Positions 9,849 through 18,484 of a stretch of 32,000 nucleotides of DNA are shown piece after piece. Position 1 is the first letter of the stretch. Each line of letters opens with the position of its first letter. The notes under the pieces were generated by a model, which did no database searches, was not told the DNA's origin, and worked only from the letters and a program-made list of their open reading frames with translations. Source of the DNA: Synechococcus sp. A15-28 (lineage in GTDB: Bacteria; Cyanobacteriota; Cyanobacteriia; PCC-6307; Cyanobiaceae); assembly GCF_014280175.1 (NCBI RefSeq), contig NZ_CP047931.1, positions 1,140,001 through 1,172,000 of the forward strand, in the 5' to 3' direction. Made by a program: the position numbers and the translations under genes.

Positions 9849-10799
9849 ATGTCCAACGAAACGGATAGTCAGTATCTCCTGCGGAACCGCCCACCATCCG
9901 AAAAGCTGGTGGATATCGGATTCAAGAACCTGGCCGTCATCCTGGCCTCCATGGTCGCCGTCGTCCTGTTCCTGATCCTGATCGTTGTGTTTCAGGGCAG
10001 CCTTGAGTCGATGGGGCGCTACGGATGGCAATTCCTGGTCACGTCCGATTGGAATCCGGTTGATGATGAATACGGAGCTGGAGCCGCCATTTACGGCACG
10101 TTGGTGACCTCACTGCTCTCGTTGCTCATCGCCGTCCCTCTGGGCGTTGGAACGGCAATTTTCATCACCGAGAACATCATCCCGCGACAGATTCGCAATG
10201 TGATCGGTGTGATGGTCGAACTTCTTGCGGCGATTCCCTCTGTCGTTCTTGGCCTCTGGGCCATTTTCGTGTTGGAGCCCTTTATTCGTCCGGCTCTTGA
10301 ATTGCTATTTCAGCTGTTCAACTGGATTCCCTTTTTCAGCACCCCCCCGATGGGTCCTGGCACGATTCCTGCGGTCTTGATCCTGGTGGTGATGATTCTG
10401 CCGATTATCACGGCCATTTCCCGTGACTCCCTGAATCAGGTTCCTCTCAAACTTCGCCAGGCGGCCTATGGCGTTGGTACGACCCGTTGGGGCGCCATCA
10501 TGAATGTGATGCTGCCGGCTGCAATTTCCGGAATTGTCGGCGGAGTGATGCTGGCCCTCGGCCGAGCCATGGGTGAAACCATGGCGGTGACCATGATCAT
10601 CGGCAATTCCAACAACTTCAGCATTTCGTTGCTGGCACCCGGCAACACGATTGCAGCCATGCTTGCCAATCAATTCGGTGAAGCTGATGGCTCTCAGGTG
10701 TCGTCACTGATGTATGCGGCATTCATCCTGATCATCATGACCCTTGCGGTGAACATCTTTGCCCAGTGGCTCGTGAAGCGTCTCAGCCTTAAGTACTGA
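9849..10799 (+). CDS. pstC: Phosphate ABC transporter permease PstC
   Basis: Multi-TM permease with PLGVGTAIFITE, ELLAAIPSVVLGLWAIFVLEPFI, LPAAISGIVGGVMLALGRAMGETMAVTMIIGN; followed by pstA and pstB. Start ATG at 9849. Confidence 0.95.
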   Translation: MSNETDSQYLLRNRPPSEKLVDIGFKNLAVILASMVAVVLFLILIVVFQGSLESMGRYGWQFLVTSDWNPVDDEYGAGAAIYGTLVTSLLSLLIAVPLGVGTAIFITENIIPRQIRNVIGVMVELLAAIPSVVLGLWAIFVLEPFIRPALELLFQLFNWIPFFSTPPMGPGTIPAVLILVVMILPIITAISRDSLNQVPLKLRQAAYGVGTTRWGAIMNVMLPAAISGIVGGVMLALGRAMGETMAVTMIIGNSNNFSISLLAPGNTIAAMLANQFGEADGSQVSSLMYAAFILIIMTLAVNIFAQWLVKRLSLKY

Positions 10800-10801
10800 C
10801 C

Positions 10802-11719
10802 ATGACATCCTTCTATTCCAATCGAGCCTCTGAGGAGATCCCAGATCTTTCCTACAAGCCAGCTCTGGCGAGAAACTTCGGCAGCAGAATTCTGACAATT
10901 ATTGCCGGCATCTTTTCAGCCATTGCTGTTCTGCCGTTGGTCTTTGTTCTGGGCTATGTGATCGTCAAAGGTGGCAGCAAGATCAGCCTCGTTTTGTTCA
11001 CGGAACTGCCCCCACCCCCCGGCCTGGATGGTGGAGGCATTGCCAACGCCATCGTCGGCACAATTGTTGTCACCATCATTGCTGCGTTGATCGCCATTCC
11101 CGTCGGAGTGGGCGGTGGCATTTTCCTCGCTGAATACTCACGAAGCGGTTGGTTTGCACAGTTCATTCGCTTCGGAACCAATGTGCTTGCTGGTGTGCCG
11201 TCAATCATCGCCGGCGTCTTCATCTACGGCACGATCGTCACCAGCCGTGTCCTGTTCGGCAATGCCTACAGCGCTTTTGCCGGCGGCATGGCCCTCTCCA
11301 TTCTGATGCTGCCCACGGTGATCAAAACCACCGACGAGGGCCTGAAGCTGGTGTCCGATGACCTGCGACGCGGTGCCTTGGGTGTCGGGGCATCCCGATT
11401 TGTCACCATAGTGAGAATCACCCTGCCGACTGCCTTCACACCCATTGCAACGGGAGTGGTTCTGGCGATTGCCAGGGCCGCCGGTGAAACTGCTCCGCTG
11501 ATCTTCACCGCTCTGTTCTCACCCTTCTGGTCTGATCTTCTCTCAACGGATGGAATCTTCGCTCCCATCGCAACGTTGTCAGTGTTGATCTACAACTTCG
11601 CGATCATGCCCTACGAGTTCCACAACAAGTTGGCCTGGTCCGCATCGTTTGTTCTCGTTGTGATGATCCTCGGCTTGAATCTGTTCTCCCGATGGCTGGC
11701 CCGATTTGCTTCCAAGTGA
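10802..11719 (+). CDS. pstA: Phosphate ABC transporter permease PstA
   Basis: IAIPVGVGGGIFLAEYS, VLAGVPSIIAGVFIYG, LPTAFTPIATGVVLAIARAAGETAPLIFTALFSPFW. Confidence 0.95.
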   Translation: MTSFYSNRASEEIPDLSYKPALARNFGSRILTIIAGIFSAIAVLPLVFVLGYVIVKGGSKISLVLFTELPPPPGLDGGGIANAIVGTIVVTIIAALIAIPVGVGGGIFLAEYSRSGWFAQFIRFGTNVLAGVPSIIAGVFIYGTIVTSRVLFGNAYSAFAGGMALSILMLPTVIKTTDEGLKLVSDDLRRGALGVGASRFVTIVRITLPTAFTPIATGVVLAIARAAGETAPLIFTALFSPFWSDLLSTDGIFAPIATLSVLIYNFAIMPYEFHNKLAWSASFVLVVMILGLNLFSRWLARFASK

Positions 11720-11788
11720 TCGGACTTCAGCCCTCCACTTCACCATTCATTTCCTTCTCCCGTTTCCCCTCTGCGCCCCATCCGAGCC

Positions 11789-12610
11789 ATGACCACATCA
11801 CAACTTCAAACTGAACAACATCAGGTCTCGGACGACACCGCGATCTCGATCCAGAACGTCACCATCAGCTACGGCAGCTACGAAGCCGTCAAGAACGTCT
11901 ATTGCGACGTTCCACGCGGCAAGGTGACCGCCTTCATCGGCCCCTCCGGTTGCGGTAAGTCGACGGTGCTCCGTGCCCTCAACCGGATGAACGATCTGAT
12001 CGAGAGCTGTTCCCTCAAGGGTCGAGTTCTCTTTGACGGCGTCGATCTCTATGGCGCCAGTGTTGACCCGGTTGAAGTGCGTCGCCGGATCGGCATGGTG
12101 TTTCAACAGCCCAACCCCTTCCCCAAGAGCATTTACGAGAACATCGCCTTCGGTGCTCGTATTAACGGCTTCACCGGTGACATGGATGAACTGGTGGAAC
12201 GCTCCCTGCGCCAGGCGGCCGTCTGGGATGAGTGCAAGGACAAACTCAACGAGAGTGGTTATTCCCTCTCCGGTGGTCAGCAGCAGCGCCTGTGCATTGC
12301 TCGCACCATTGCCATCCAGCCTGAGGTGATCCTGATGGACGAACCCTGTTCAGCATTGGATCCGATTTCCACCCTGAAGATCGAGGAAACGATGCATGAG
12401 CTCAAGAAGAGCTTCACCATCGTGATCGTGACCCACAACATGCAGCAGGCCGTGCGCGTCAGCGACATGACGGCTTTCTACAACGCCGAAGCTGTCGAAG
12501 GTGGCACCGGAAAGGTGGGCTACCTCGTGGAGTTCAACGAAACCGGGAAGATCTTCAACTCCCCTCAACAGCAGGCCACACAGGACTACGTTTCCGGCCG
12601 GTTCGGTTGA
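11789..12610 (+). CDS. pstB: Phosphate ABC transporter ATP-binding protein PstB
   Basis: Walker [22 protein letters not shown], signature [16 protein letters not shown], Walker [31 protein letters not shown]. Confidence 0.97.
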   Translation: MTTSQLQTEQHQVSDDTAISIQNVTISYGSYEAVKNVYCDVPRGKVTAFIGPSGCGKSTVLRALNRMNDLIESCSLKGRVLFDGVDLYGASVDPVEVRRRIGMVFQQPNPFPKSIYENIAFGARINGFTGDMDELVERSLRQAAVWDECKDKLNESGYSLSGGQQQRLCIARTIAIQPEVILMDEPCSALDPISTLKIEETMHELKKSFTIVIVTHNMQQAVRVSDMTAFYNAEAVEGGTGKVGYLVEFNETGKIFNSPQQQATQDYVSGRFG

Positions 12611-12634
12611 TTTCTGAATCCAGATTTGATCAAG

Positions 12635-12660
12635 AAGGGTGGGTGACTCCACCCTTTTTT
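12635..12660 (+). terminator. Intrinsic terminator downstream of pstB
   Basis: AAGGGTGG-GTGACT-CCACCCTTTTTT: 8-bp stem with 6-nt loop and T-run, directly after the pstB stop. Confidence 0.85.
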
Positions 12661-12675
12661 TATTGGACATCAAGC

Positions 12676-12702
12676 AAAAAAAATCCGGTCCCGAGGGACC
12701 GG
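12676..12702 (-). terminator. Intrinsic terminator for the minus-strand tRNA-Ser
   Basis: Minus strand reads CCGGTCC-CTCG-GGACCGG followed by A and T8, immediately 3' of the tRNA. Confidence 0.85.
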
Positions 12703-12707
12703 GGAAG

Positions 12708-12794
12708 CGGAGAGCGAGGGATTCGAACCCTCGATAGAGTTGCCCCTATACAGCATTTCCAGTGCTGCGCCTTCGACCACTCGGCCAGCTCTCC
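12708..12794 (-). tRNA. tRNA-Ser (anticodon GGA)
   Basis: Minus strand GGAGAGCTGGCCGAGTGG...CAGCA-CTGGAAA-TGCTG...GGTTCGAATCCCTCGCTCTCCG: acceptor stem GGAGAGC/GCTCTCC, long variable arm of class II, T-loop GTTCGAATC, no encoded CCA. Confidence 0.96.
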
Positions 12795-12850
12795 ACCGGC
12801 TTTCACGTGGGGCAAGTGCGAATGTAGCAGGGCGTTTCCAGACAGGCCGG

Positions 12851-13219
12851 ATGGGCACCAGCCACCGAATCACCATTCACTGGCGGCAGGAAAATCGAAC
12901 CATCACCCATGATGTGCCCGAAGGCGAATACATCCTCCACAGCTTCGAGCGGCAGGGTGACCCGTTGCCCTTTTCCTGTCGCAACGGTTGCTGCACCAGC
13001 TGTGCTGTGCGTGTGCAACTTGGAAAGCTCGATCAACGGGAAGCCATGGGTCTTTCCCATGAGCTGAGACGTCAGGGTTACGGCCTGCTCTGCGTGGCGC
13101 GGGCCATCGGCCCCCTCGAAGCGGAAACCCAGGATGAGGATGAGGTCTACGACCTGCAGTTCGGTCGCCATTTCGGCCGCGGCAAGGTGACCGCAGGACT
13201 CCCCCTCGACGAGGAATGA
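12851..13219 (+). CDS. Plant-type [2Fe-2S] ferredoxin with a C-terminal extension
   Basis: CRNGCCTSC (C-X4-C-X2-C) plus a downstream LLCVARAIGPLEAETQDEDEVYDLQFG; ends with an additional acidic/charged tail. Start ATG 12851. Confidence 0.9.
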   Translation: MGTSHRITIHWRQENRTITHDVPEGEYILHSFERQGDPLPFSCRNGCCTSCAVRVQLGKLDQREAMGLSHELRRQGYGLLCVARAIGPLEAETQDEDEVYDLQFGRHFGRGKVTAGLPLDEE

Positions 13220-14109
13220 CCATGTCCTCATCGATCTGCAGTGCAGCAGCCAGTGCGGCTGGGCTCAATGACGACACGCTCGCCGTGTTGGTGAAGGTGG
13301 CACGACAGGCCGCAGACGCAGGTGGAGCTGAGTTGATGCGCCACTACGGCCGCCTGAGCTCCGTGGAAAGCAAAGGTCGCCTCGGTGATCTGGTCACCAA
13401 TGCCGATCTGGCCGCCGAACGCGTCGTACTGGATGTACTGGCCCGAGAAACGCCGGACATCGCCGTTCTGGCCGAAGAAAGCGGCGCGGCCGGTGAACAG
13501 GACGGACTGCGTTGGTGCGTTGACCCTCTCGACGGCACAACGAATTTCACCCACAGCTATCCGTTTTTTGCCACGTCGATCGGGCTGACCTTCCGCCAGC
13601 GACCAATCCTGGGGGCCATCGCTGTCCCCTTCCTGGGTGAAACCTATTGGGGAGCTCCAGGACAGGGTGCCCACTGCAACGACAGAACCATCCAGGTGAC
13701 CAGCTGTGAGCGACTGGAGGACTCACTGCTGGTCACCGGATTCGCCTACGACCGCCACACACGACTCGACAACAACTACGCCGAGTTCTGCTGGTTCACC
13801 CATCGAACCCGAGGGGTTCGACGCGGTGGCGCAGCAGCCGTGGATCTGGCTTTCGTCGCTGCCGGTCGTCAGGACGGGTACTGGGAACGGGGGCTGGCGC
13901 CCTGGGATCTCGCGGCCGGGGTGGCATTGGTGGAACTGGCTGGTGGGCGAATCAGCGGATATGGCGGTGAAGACTTTGATCTCTCGAGCGGCCGTGTGCT
14001 GGCCGCTGGGCCTGCGTTGCATCCGCGGATCGTTGATGTTCTGGCCCAGGTGAAACCACTGTCCGGCGAGGCCTTCGGAGCTCCGGAGGTCACGGCCATG
14101 GGATCCTGA
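13216..14109 (+). CDS. Inositol monophosphatase / SuhB-family phosphatase
   Basis: [70 protein letters not shown]. Overlaps the ferredoxin stop by ATGA. Confidence 0.93.
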   Translation: MTMSSSICSAAASAAGLNDDTLAVLVKVARQAADAGGAELMRHYGRLSSVESKGRLGDLVTNADLAAERVVLDVLARETPDIAVLAEESGAAGEQDGLRWCVDPLDGTTNFTHSYPFFATSIGLTFRQRPILGAIAVPFLGETYWGAPGQGAHCNDRTIQVTSCERLEDSLLVTGFAYDRHTRLDNNYAEFCWFTHRTRGVRRGGAAAVDLAFVAAGRQDGYWERGLAPWDLAAGVALVELAGGRISGYGGEDFDLSSGRVLAAGPALHPRIVDVLAQVKPLSGEAFGAPEVTAMGS

Positions 14110-14131
14110 GGCAACGCCGATACTTCCGGAG

Positions 14132-15310
14132 ATGGCGCTGCAACCCGCAGCTGGCGCGAGGGATCTGAATCCACGTCAGGTGGAATCCAACAGAAAGCTC
14201 AGCGAGCGGTTGGCTTCTGTCTTCCGTCTGTGGGGTTACGACGAGGTGTCCCCACCTCGCGTCGAACGCCTCGATACCCTGATGGCCGGTGGAGCCATCG
14301 CCAGCGAAGACGTGGTGCGGCTGGTCGCCGATGAGCCTTTGGGCCTGCGGCCCGAGATGACGGCGTCGATCGCCAGAGCTGCCTGCACACGATTGGCGTC
14401 CCGGCCTCGACCCCTTCGCCTCTGGGCATCGGGAACGGTGTTCCAGTCCAGGGCTGCCGATGAGGGTGGACAGTGCATCGAGGAAAATCTCCAGACCGGT
14501 GTGGAGCTGTTCGGCGTCGCACCGATCGAAGCCGAAATGGAGCTGCTGAGCCTGTTGATGGCAGCGCTGGAACGTCTTGAGTTGCAAAAGGAGCATCAGC
14601 CCCGTCTGTTGATGGGCCACACGGGCCTGATGGATCTGTTGCTCAGTCCCGTGGCGCCAGAACACCGCGAAGACGTTCGTACGGCACTGATCCAATTCGA
14701 TCGACTCGGATTGGAAGCCCTCGATCTGGACACCGAGCTTCAGACCACCCTCCTCAGCCTTCTGGGCTGCCGGGGCACCCCCAGTGATGTGCTGGATCGC
14801 TTGACCGCGTGCTTCGGAGCTCAGCCACTGTTTGAGGATCTGCGTCGACTCTGTCGCCAGCTGCTGGGACCGGCGGCAATCCAGGGAGTGCGGATCCAGC
14901 TGGACCCAACGTTCCAACCCAGATTCGAGCTCTACACGGGGTTGGTCTTCCAGCTGGTGTGTGACACAGCCTCGGCACCTGTGGTGGTGGCCCGTGGTGG
15001 CCGCTACGACGATCTGGTGCGACGTTGTGGCGCGCGTCCGGGGGATGACTTCGGGGCAGGCTTCAGCCTCGCCATTGATCCCATCCGCGAACTGTTGACT
15101 GAAACAGAAACCAAGCCACCGATGACACGTCAGTTGATGGTGGCGTTCTCAGAGCGCTCGACGCTTGAAGCAGCGCTGGAACGGCAACGGTGGTGGCATC
15201 AACAGGGCAGAAGCGCCGTGATTGAACTGCATCCGTTCCACGACCGCAGCAAGGCAGAACAGCAGGCCCAGGACCAGGGGGGCTTCCAGCTGGACTGGAT
15301 CGATCCTTAG
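14132..15310 (+). CDS. hisZ: ATP phosphoribosyltransferase regulatory subunit
   Basis: HisRS-like, catalytically incomplete protein: [79 protein letters not shown]. Confidence 0.88.
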   Translation: MALQPAAGARDLNPRQVESNRKLSERLASVFRLWGYDEVSPPRVERLDTLMAGGAIASEDVVRLVADEPLGLRPEMTASIARAACTRLASRPRPLRLWASGTVFQSRAADEGGQCIEENLQTGVELFGVAPIEAEMELLSLLMAALERLELQKEHQPRLLMGHTGLMDLLLSPVAPEHREDVRTALIQFDRLGLEALDLDTELQTTLLSLLGCRGTPSDVLDRLTACFGAQPLFEDLRRLCRQLLGPAAIQGVRIQLDPTFQPRFELYTGLVFQLVCDTASAPVVVARGGRYDDLVRRCGARPGDDFGAGFSLAIDPIRELLTETETKPPMTRQLMVAFSERSTLEAALERQRWWHQQGRSAVIELHPFHDRSKAEQQAQDQGGFQLDWIDP

Positions 15311-15334
15311 GATCAAAGTTGAGGTTTTTGCGCC

Positions 15335-15559
15335 ATGGCACACACGATCGTTACCGATGTCTGCGAGGGCGTTGCCGACTGTGTGGATGCCTGCCCTGTG
15401 GCCTGCATCGATCAGGGAAAAGGGAAAAACAAAAAAGGAACAGACTTCTACTGGATCAATTTCGACACCTGCATCGACTGCGGGATTTGTTTGCAGGTCT
15501 GCCCCGTTGAAGGGGCAATTCTGGCGGAGGAGCGACCTGACCTCCAGAAGGCAGGCTGA
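15335..15559 (+). CDS. Small bacterial-type ferredoxin with two iron-sulfur cluster motifs
   Basis: MAHTIVTDVCEGVADCVDACPVACI...INFDTCIDCGICLQVCPVEGAI; second motif CX2CX2CX3CP, first motif C-X5-C-X3-CP, typical of 3Fe-4S/4Fe-4S ferredoxins. Confidence 0.9.
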   Translation: MAHTIVTDVCEGVADCVDACPVACIDQGKGKNKKGTDFYWINFDTCIDCGICLQVCPVEGAILAEERPDLQKAG

Positions 15560-15648
15560 GGGAAGCCAGGGGTTCGGAGAACCACCACCCGATCCCACTT
15601 GAGTCGATTCAGCCCCCCTCTCTATCGTCAGATTTTTCCTGCAGCCCA

Positions 15649-17553
15649 ATGCCGGTGATGGACGAACAGGGTCAGATTCAGATCCACACCGAGAACATCT
15701 TCCCGATCATCAAGAAGGCCGTTTATTCCGGCCATGAGGTGTTCCTGCGTGAACTGGTCAGCAATGGTGTCGATGCCATCAGCAAGCGGCGGATGGCCGC
15801 CATGGCAGGGGACTGCAGTGAAGGAGACGAGGGTGCCATCCGGATCACGGTGGACCGGGAAGCCAAGACACTCACCATCGCTGACAACGGCATCGGCATG
15901 ACCGCCGATGAGGTGAAGCGGTACATCAACCAGGTGGCCTTCTCCAGTGCGGAGGATTTCCTGGAGAAGTACAAGCAGGAGGGTGACGCGATCATCGGCC
16001 ATTTCGGCCTCGGCTTTTACTCCAGCTTCATGGTGGCTGAGCAGGTGGAGCTGGTGACGCGTTCCGCCCGGCCTGACAGCGAAGCGGTGCGTTGGAGCTG
16101 TGATGGATCTCCGAACTTCAGCCTCAGTTCAGCTGAGCGTGACCAGCCCGGCACCGATGTGATCCTCCACCTGATGGAGGAGGAACTGGAATATCTGGAG
16201 CCCGCACGGATCCGCACCCTGATCAACACCTACTGCGACTTCATGGCAGTGCCGGTGCAGTTGGAAGGGGAAACGGTCAACAAGATGGATCCTCCCTGGC
16301 GCAAGAGCGCCCGGGATTTGACCGACAAGGACTACATCGATCTCTACAACTATCTCTACCCCTTCCAGGGTGACCCACTGCTCTGGGTTCACCTGAACAC
16401 CGATTACCCCTACAACCTGCAGGGGATTCTGTTCTTCCCGAAGCAGACCGGCCGGGCGGACTGGGAGAAAGGCGAGATCAAGCTTTACTGCAACCAGGTG
16501 TTCGTCAGTGACTCGATCAAAGAGGTGGTGCCCCTATATCTCTTGCCGCTGCGTGGTGTGCTCGATTCACCCGACATTCCGCTGAACGTCAGCCGCAGTG
16601 CCCTGCAAACCGACCGACGGGTCCGTTCCATCGGCAATTTCGTCGCCAAGAAGGTTGCTGATCGCCTGCGCAATCTGAAGAAGGACGACCCCTCCGCCTA
16701 CGCAGAGGCCTGGGAATCCCTGGCCCCCTTCGTCAAGATCGGCGCCATGGAGGACGACAAGTTTGCCGATCAGGTGGCGGAGCTGATCCTCTTCGGCACC
16801 AGTGCGACCGCAGCCGATGGCGACACCCCTGACCCCATCAGTGCCGGTGAACGGGCCTTCACCACCCTGGAGGGTTATCGGAGCCGTCTCGCAAGCGACA
16901 ACGACAAACGCATCCTGTACAGCACCGACGACGTGGCCCAGGCCGGTGCACTCAACCTCTGGACCTCCCAGGGAATGGAAGTGCTGAAGCTGGAGACGGT
17001 GATCGACACGCAGTTCATCCCATGGCTGGAGCAACGCCATGAGGATCTGACCTTTCAGCGTGTGGATGCCGAGCTCGATGACAGCCTCAAGGACACCGAC
17101 GCTGAAATCACCGACCAAGACGGGACCACGGAGTCTGACCGACTGCGGGATCTGATCAAGGCCGCCTTGGCGAACGACAAGGTGACCGTGCAGGTGCAGG
17201 CCTTGAAAGCCGAAGGAGCTCCACCGGCGATGATCCTGTTACCGGAGCAGATGCGACGCCTCAATGACATGGGCGCTCTGATGGAACAACGGCTTCCTGG
17301 CTTGCCGGACCATCACGTTCTTCTGGTGAACAAGCGTCATCCACTGGTGGAGGGGATGTTGAAGCTGAAGGCTGGAAGTGTTCTCGTGGGCGATGCTCAG
17401 AGCTCACCGACGGAAGCACTGGCTCAGGACATCGCCCGCCATGTCTATGACATGGCGCGACTGGGTGTTGGCGGCCTCGAGCCGAATGAACTCAGTGGCT
17501 TCCAGACCCGCAGCGCAGAACTGATGGGAACGTTGATGCAGAGGGGGATGTGA
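15649..17553 (+). CDS. htpG: Hsp90-family chaperone HtpG
   Basis: [87 protein letters not shown]-type motif ([20 protein letters not shown]). Confidence 0.96.
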   Translation: MPVMDEQGQIQIHTENIFPIIKKAVYSGHEVFLRELVSNGVDAISKRRMAAMAGDCSEGDEGAIRITVDREAKTLTIADNGIGMTADEVKRYINQVAFSSAEDFLEKYKQEGDAIIGHFGLGFYSSFMVAEQVELVTRSARPDSEAVRWSCDGSPNFSLSSAERDQPGTDVILHLMEEELEYLEPARIRTLINTYCDFMAVPVQLEGETVNKMDPPWRKSARDLTDKDYIDLYNYLYPFQGDPLLWVHLNTDYPYNLQGILFFPKQTGRADWEKGEIKLYCNQVFVSDSIKEVVPLYLLPLRGVLDSPDIPLNVSRSALQTDRRVRSIGNFVAKKVADRLRNLKKDDPSAYAEAWESLAPFVKIGAMEDDKFADQVAELILFGTSATAADGDTPDPISAGERAFTTLEGYRSRLASDNDKRILYSTDDVAQAGALNLWTSQGMEVLKLETVIDTQFIPWLEQRHEDLTFQRVDAELDDSLKDTDAEITDQDGTTESDRLRDLIKAALANDKVTVQVQALKAEGAPPAMILLPEQMRRLNDMGALMEQRLPGLPDHHVLLVNKRHPLVEGMLKLKAGSVLVGDAQSSPTEALAQDIARHVYDMARLGVGGLEPNELSGFQTRSAELMGTLMQRGM

Positions 17554-17572
17554 GGACGTCCGTTTGATAAGA

Positions 17573-17610
17573 TGGTTGTTTGGATCTGATTGTTCAGACC
17601 CAAACAACCA
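17573..17610 (+). promoter_or_regulatory. Strong inverted repeat / hairpin in the rpmB upstream region
   Basis: TGGTTGTTTGG-A-TCTGA-TTGT-TCAGA-C-CCAAACAACCA: 11-bp outer stem, A/C mismatch, 5-bp inner stem, 4-nt loop. No adjacent T-run on either strand. Confidence 0.6.
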
Positions 17611-17629
17611 CAAACAGAAGGACGACGAC

Positions 17630-17866
17630 ATGTCTCGGGTGTGCCAGCTCACCGGTACTCGCGCCAACAACGGCATGGCTGTGAGCCATTCCCACATCCG
17701 TACCAAGAAGCTGCAACAGGCCAATTTGCAGAATCGTCGTCTGTGGTGGGCTGAAGGCAAGCGCTGGGTGAACCTTCGTGTCACCACCCGCGCCCTCAAG
17801 ACCATCCAGAAAAAAGGTCTGGGCCCCTACGCCAAGTCTCTGGGCATTAACCTGGCCAAGCTTTGA
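17630..17866 (+). CDS. rpmB: 50S ribosomal protein L28
   Basis: [78 protein letters not shown]. Confidence 0.97.
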   Translation: MSRVCQLTGTRANNGMAVSHSHIRTKKLQQANLQNRRLWWAEGKRWVNLRVTTRALKTIQKKGLGPYAKSLGINLAKL

Positions 17867-17876
17867 TTTCAACCGT

Positions 17877-18437
17877 GTGCGCCGGCGTGATCTGATCATC
17901 AAATCCGGCCTGCTGCTGACGGCGTTGTCAATCACCCCATCGAAGGTTTGGTCCCTCGGTGGGGTTGTTTTGCAGGCAGGCACTGAGGTTCCAGGTTTTG
18001 ACCTGCCGGGTTCCAGCCGGCGCGAACCGGACCGTGACCGTTGGTCCAGTGGGGATCTGCGCGGACGCTGGCTGGCGGTGTATTTCTATCCCCGTGATTT
18101 CACCGGTGGCTGCACGATTGAAGCCAGGGGGTTTGAATCCCTGCACGAGGACTTCCTTGCGGCTGGAGCCGAAGTGGTGGGGATCAGCGCCGACAGCGTT
18201 GATGATCACGCCTCGTTCTGCGAAAGCGAAGGCCTCAGCTTCCCTCTGTTGTCCGACCCCGATGGGACGGTGAGCAAAGCCTATGGGTCATGGATGGCGC
18301 CCTATTCACTGCGCCACACCTTTCTGATCGACCCCGACGGCATCCTTCGTCAGCGCTGGGTTGCAGTCAGGCCCAGTGGCCATGCTCAGGAGGTTCTGGA
18401 CGTGATGACGGATCTGCAAAACAACACCTCGGTTTGA
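17877..18437 (+). CDS. Peroxiredoxin (PrxQ/Bcp-type) with twin-arginine-like export signal
   Basis: From GTG 17877: (V)RRRDLIIKSGLLLTALSI, then GTEVPGFDLPG, LAVYFYPRDFTGGCTIEARGF, VVGISADSVDDHASFCESEGLSFPLLSDPDG. Start codon inferred. Confidence 0.87.
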   Translation: MRRRDLIIKSGLLLTALSITPSKVWSLGGVVLQAGTEVPGFDLPGSSRREPDRDRWSSGDLRGRWLAVYFYPRDFTGGCTIEARGFESLHEDFLAAGAEVVGISADSVDDHASFCESEGLSFPLLSDPDGTVSKAYGSWMAPYSLRHTFLIDPDGILRQRWVAVRPSGHAQEVLDVMTDLQNNTSV

Positions 18438-18484
18438 CAGAATTAGATCAGTTGTGAAATAGTGTACAAAGTTGGAATTACTAT

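Noticed and set aside
11720-11788. Pyrimidine-rich spacer between pstA and pstB considered as a possible small RNA or leader
   Set aside because: No inverted repeat or clear promoter; probably just an intra-operon spacer.
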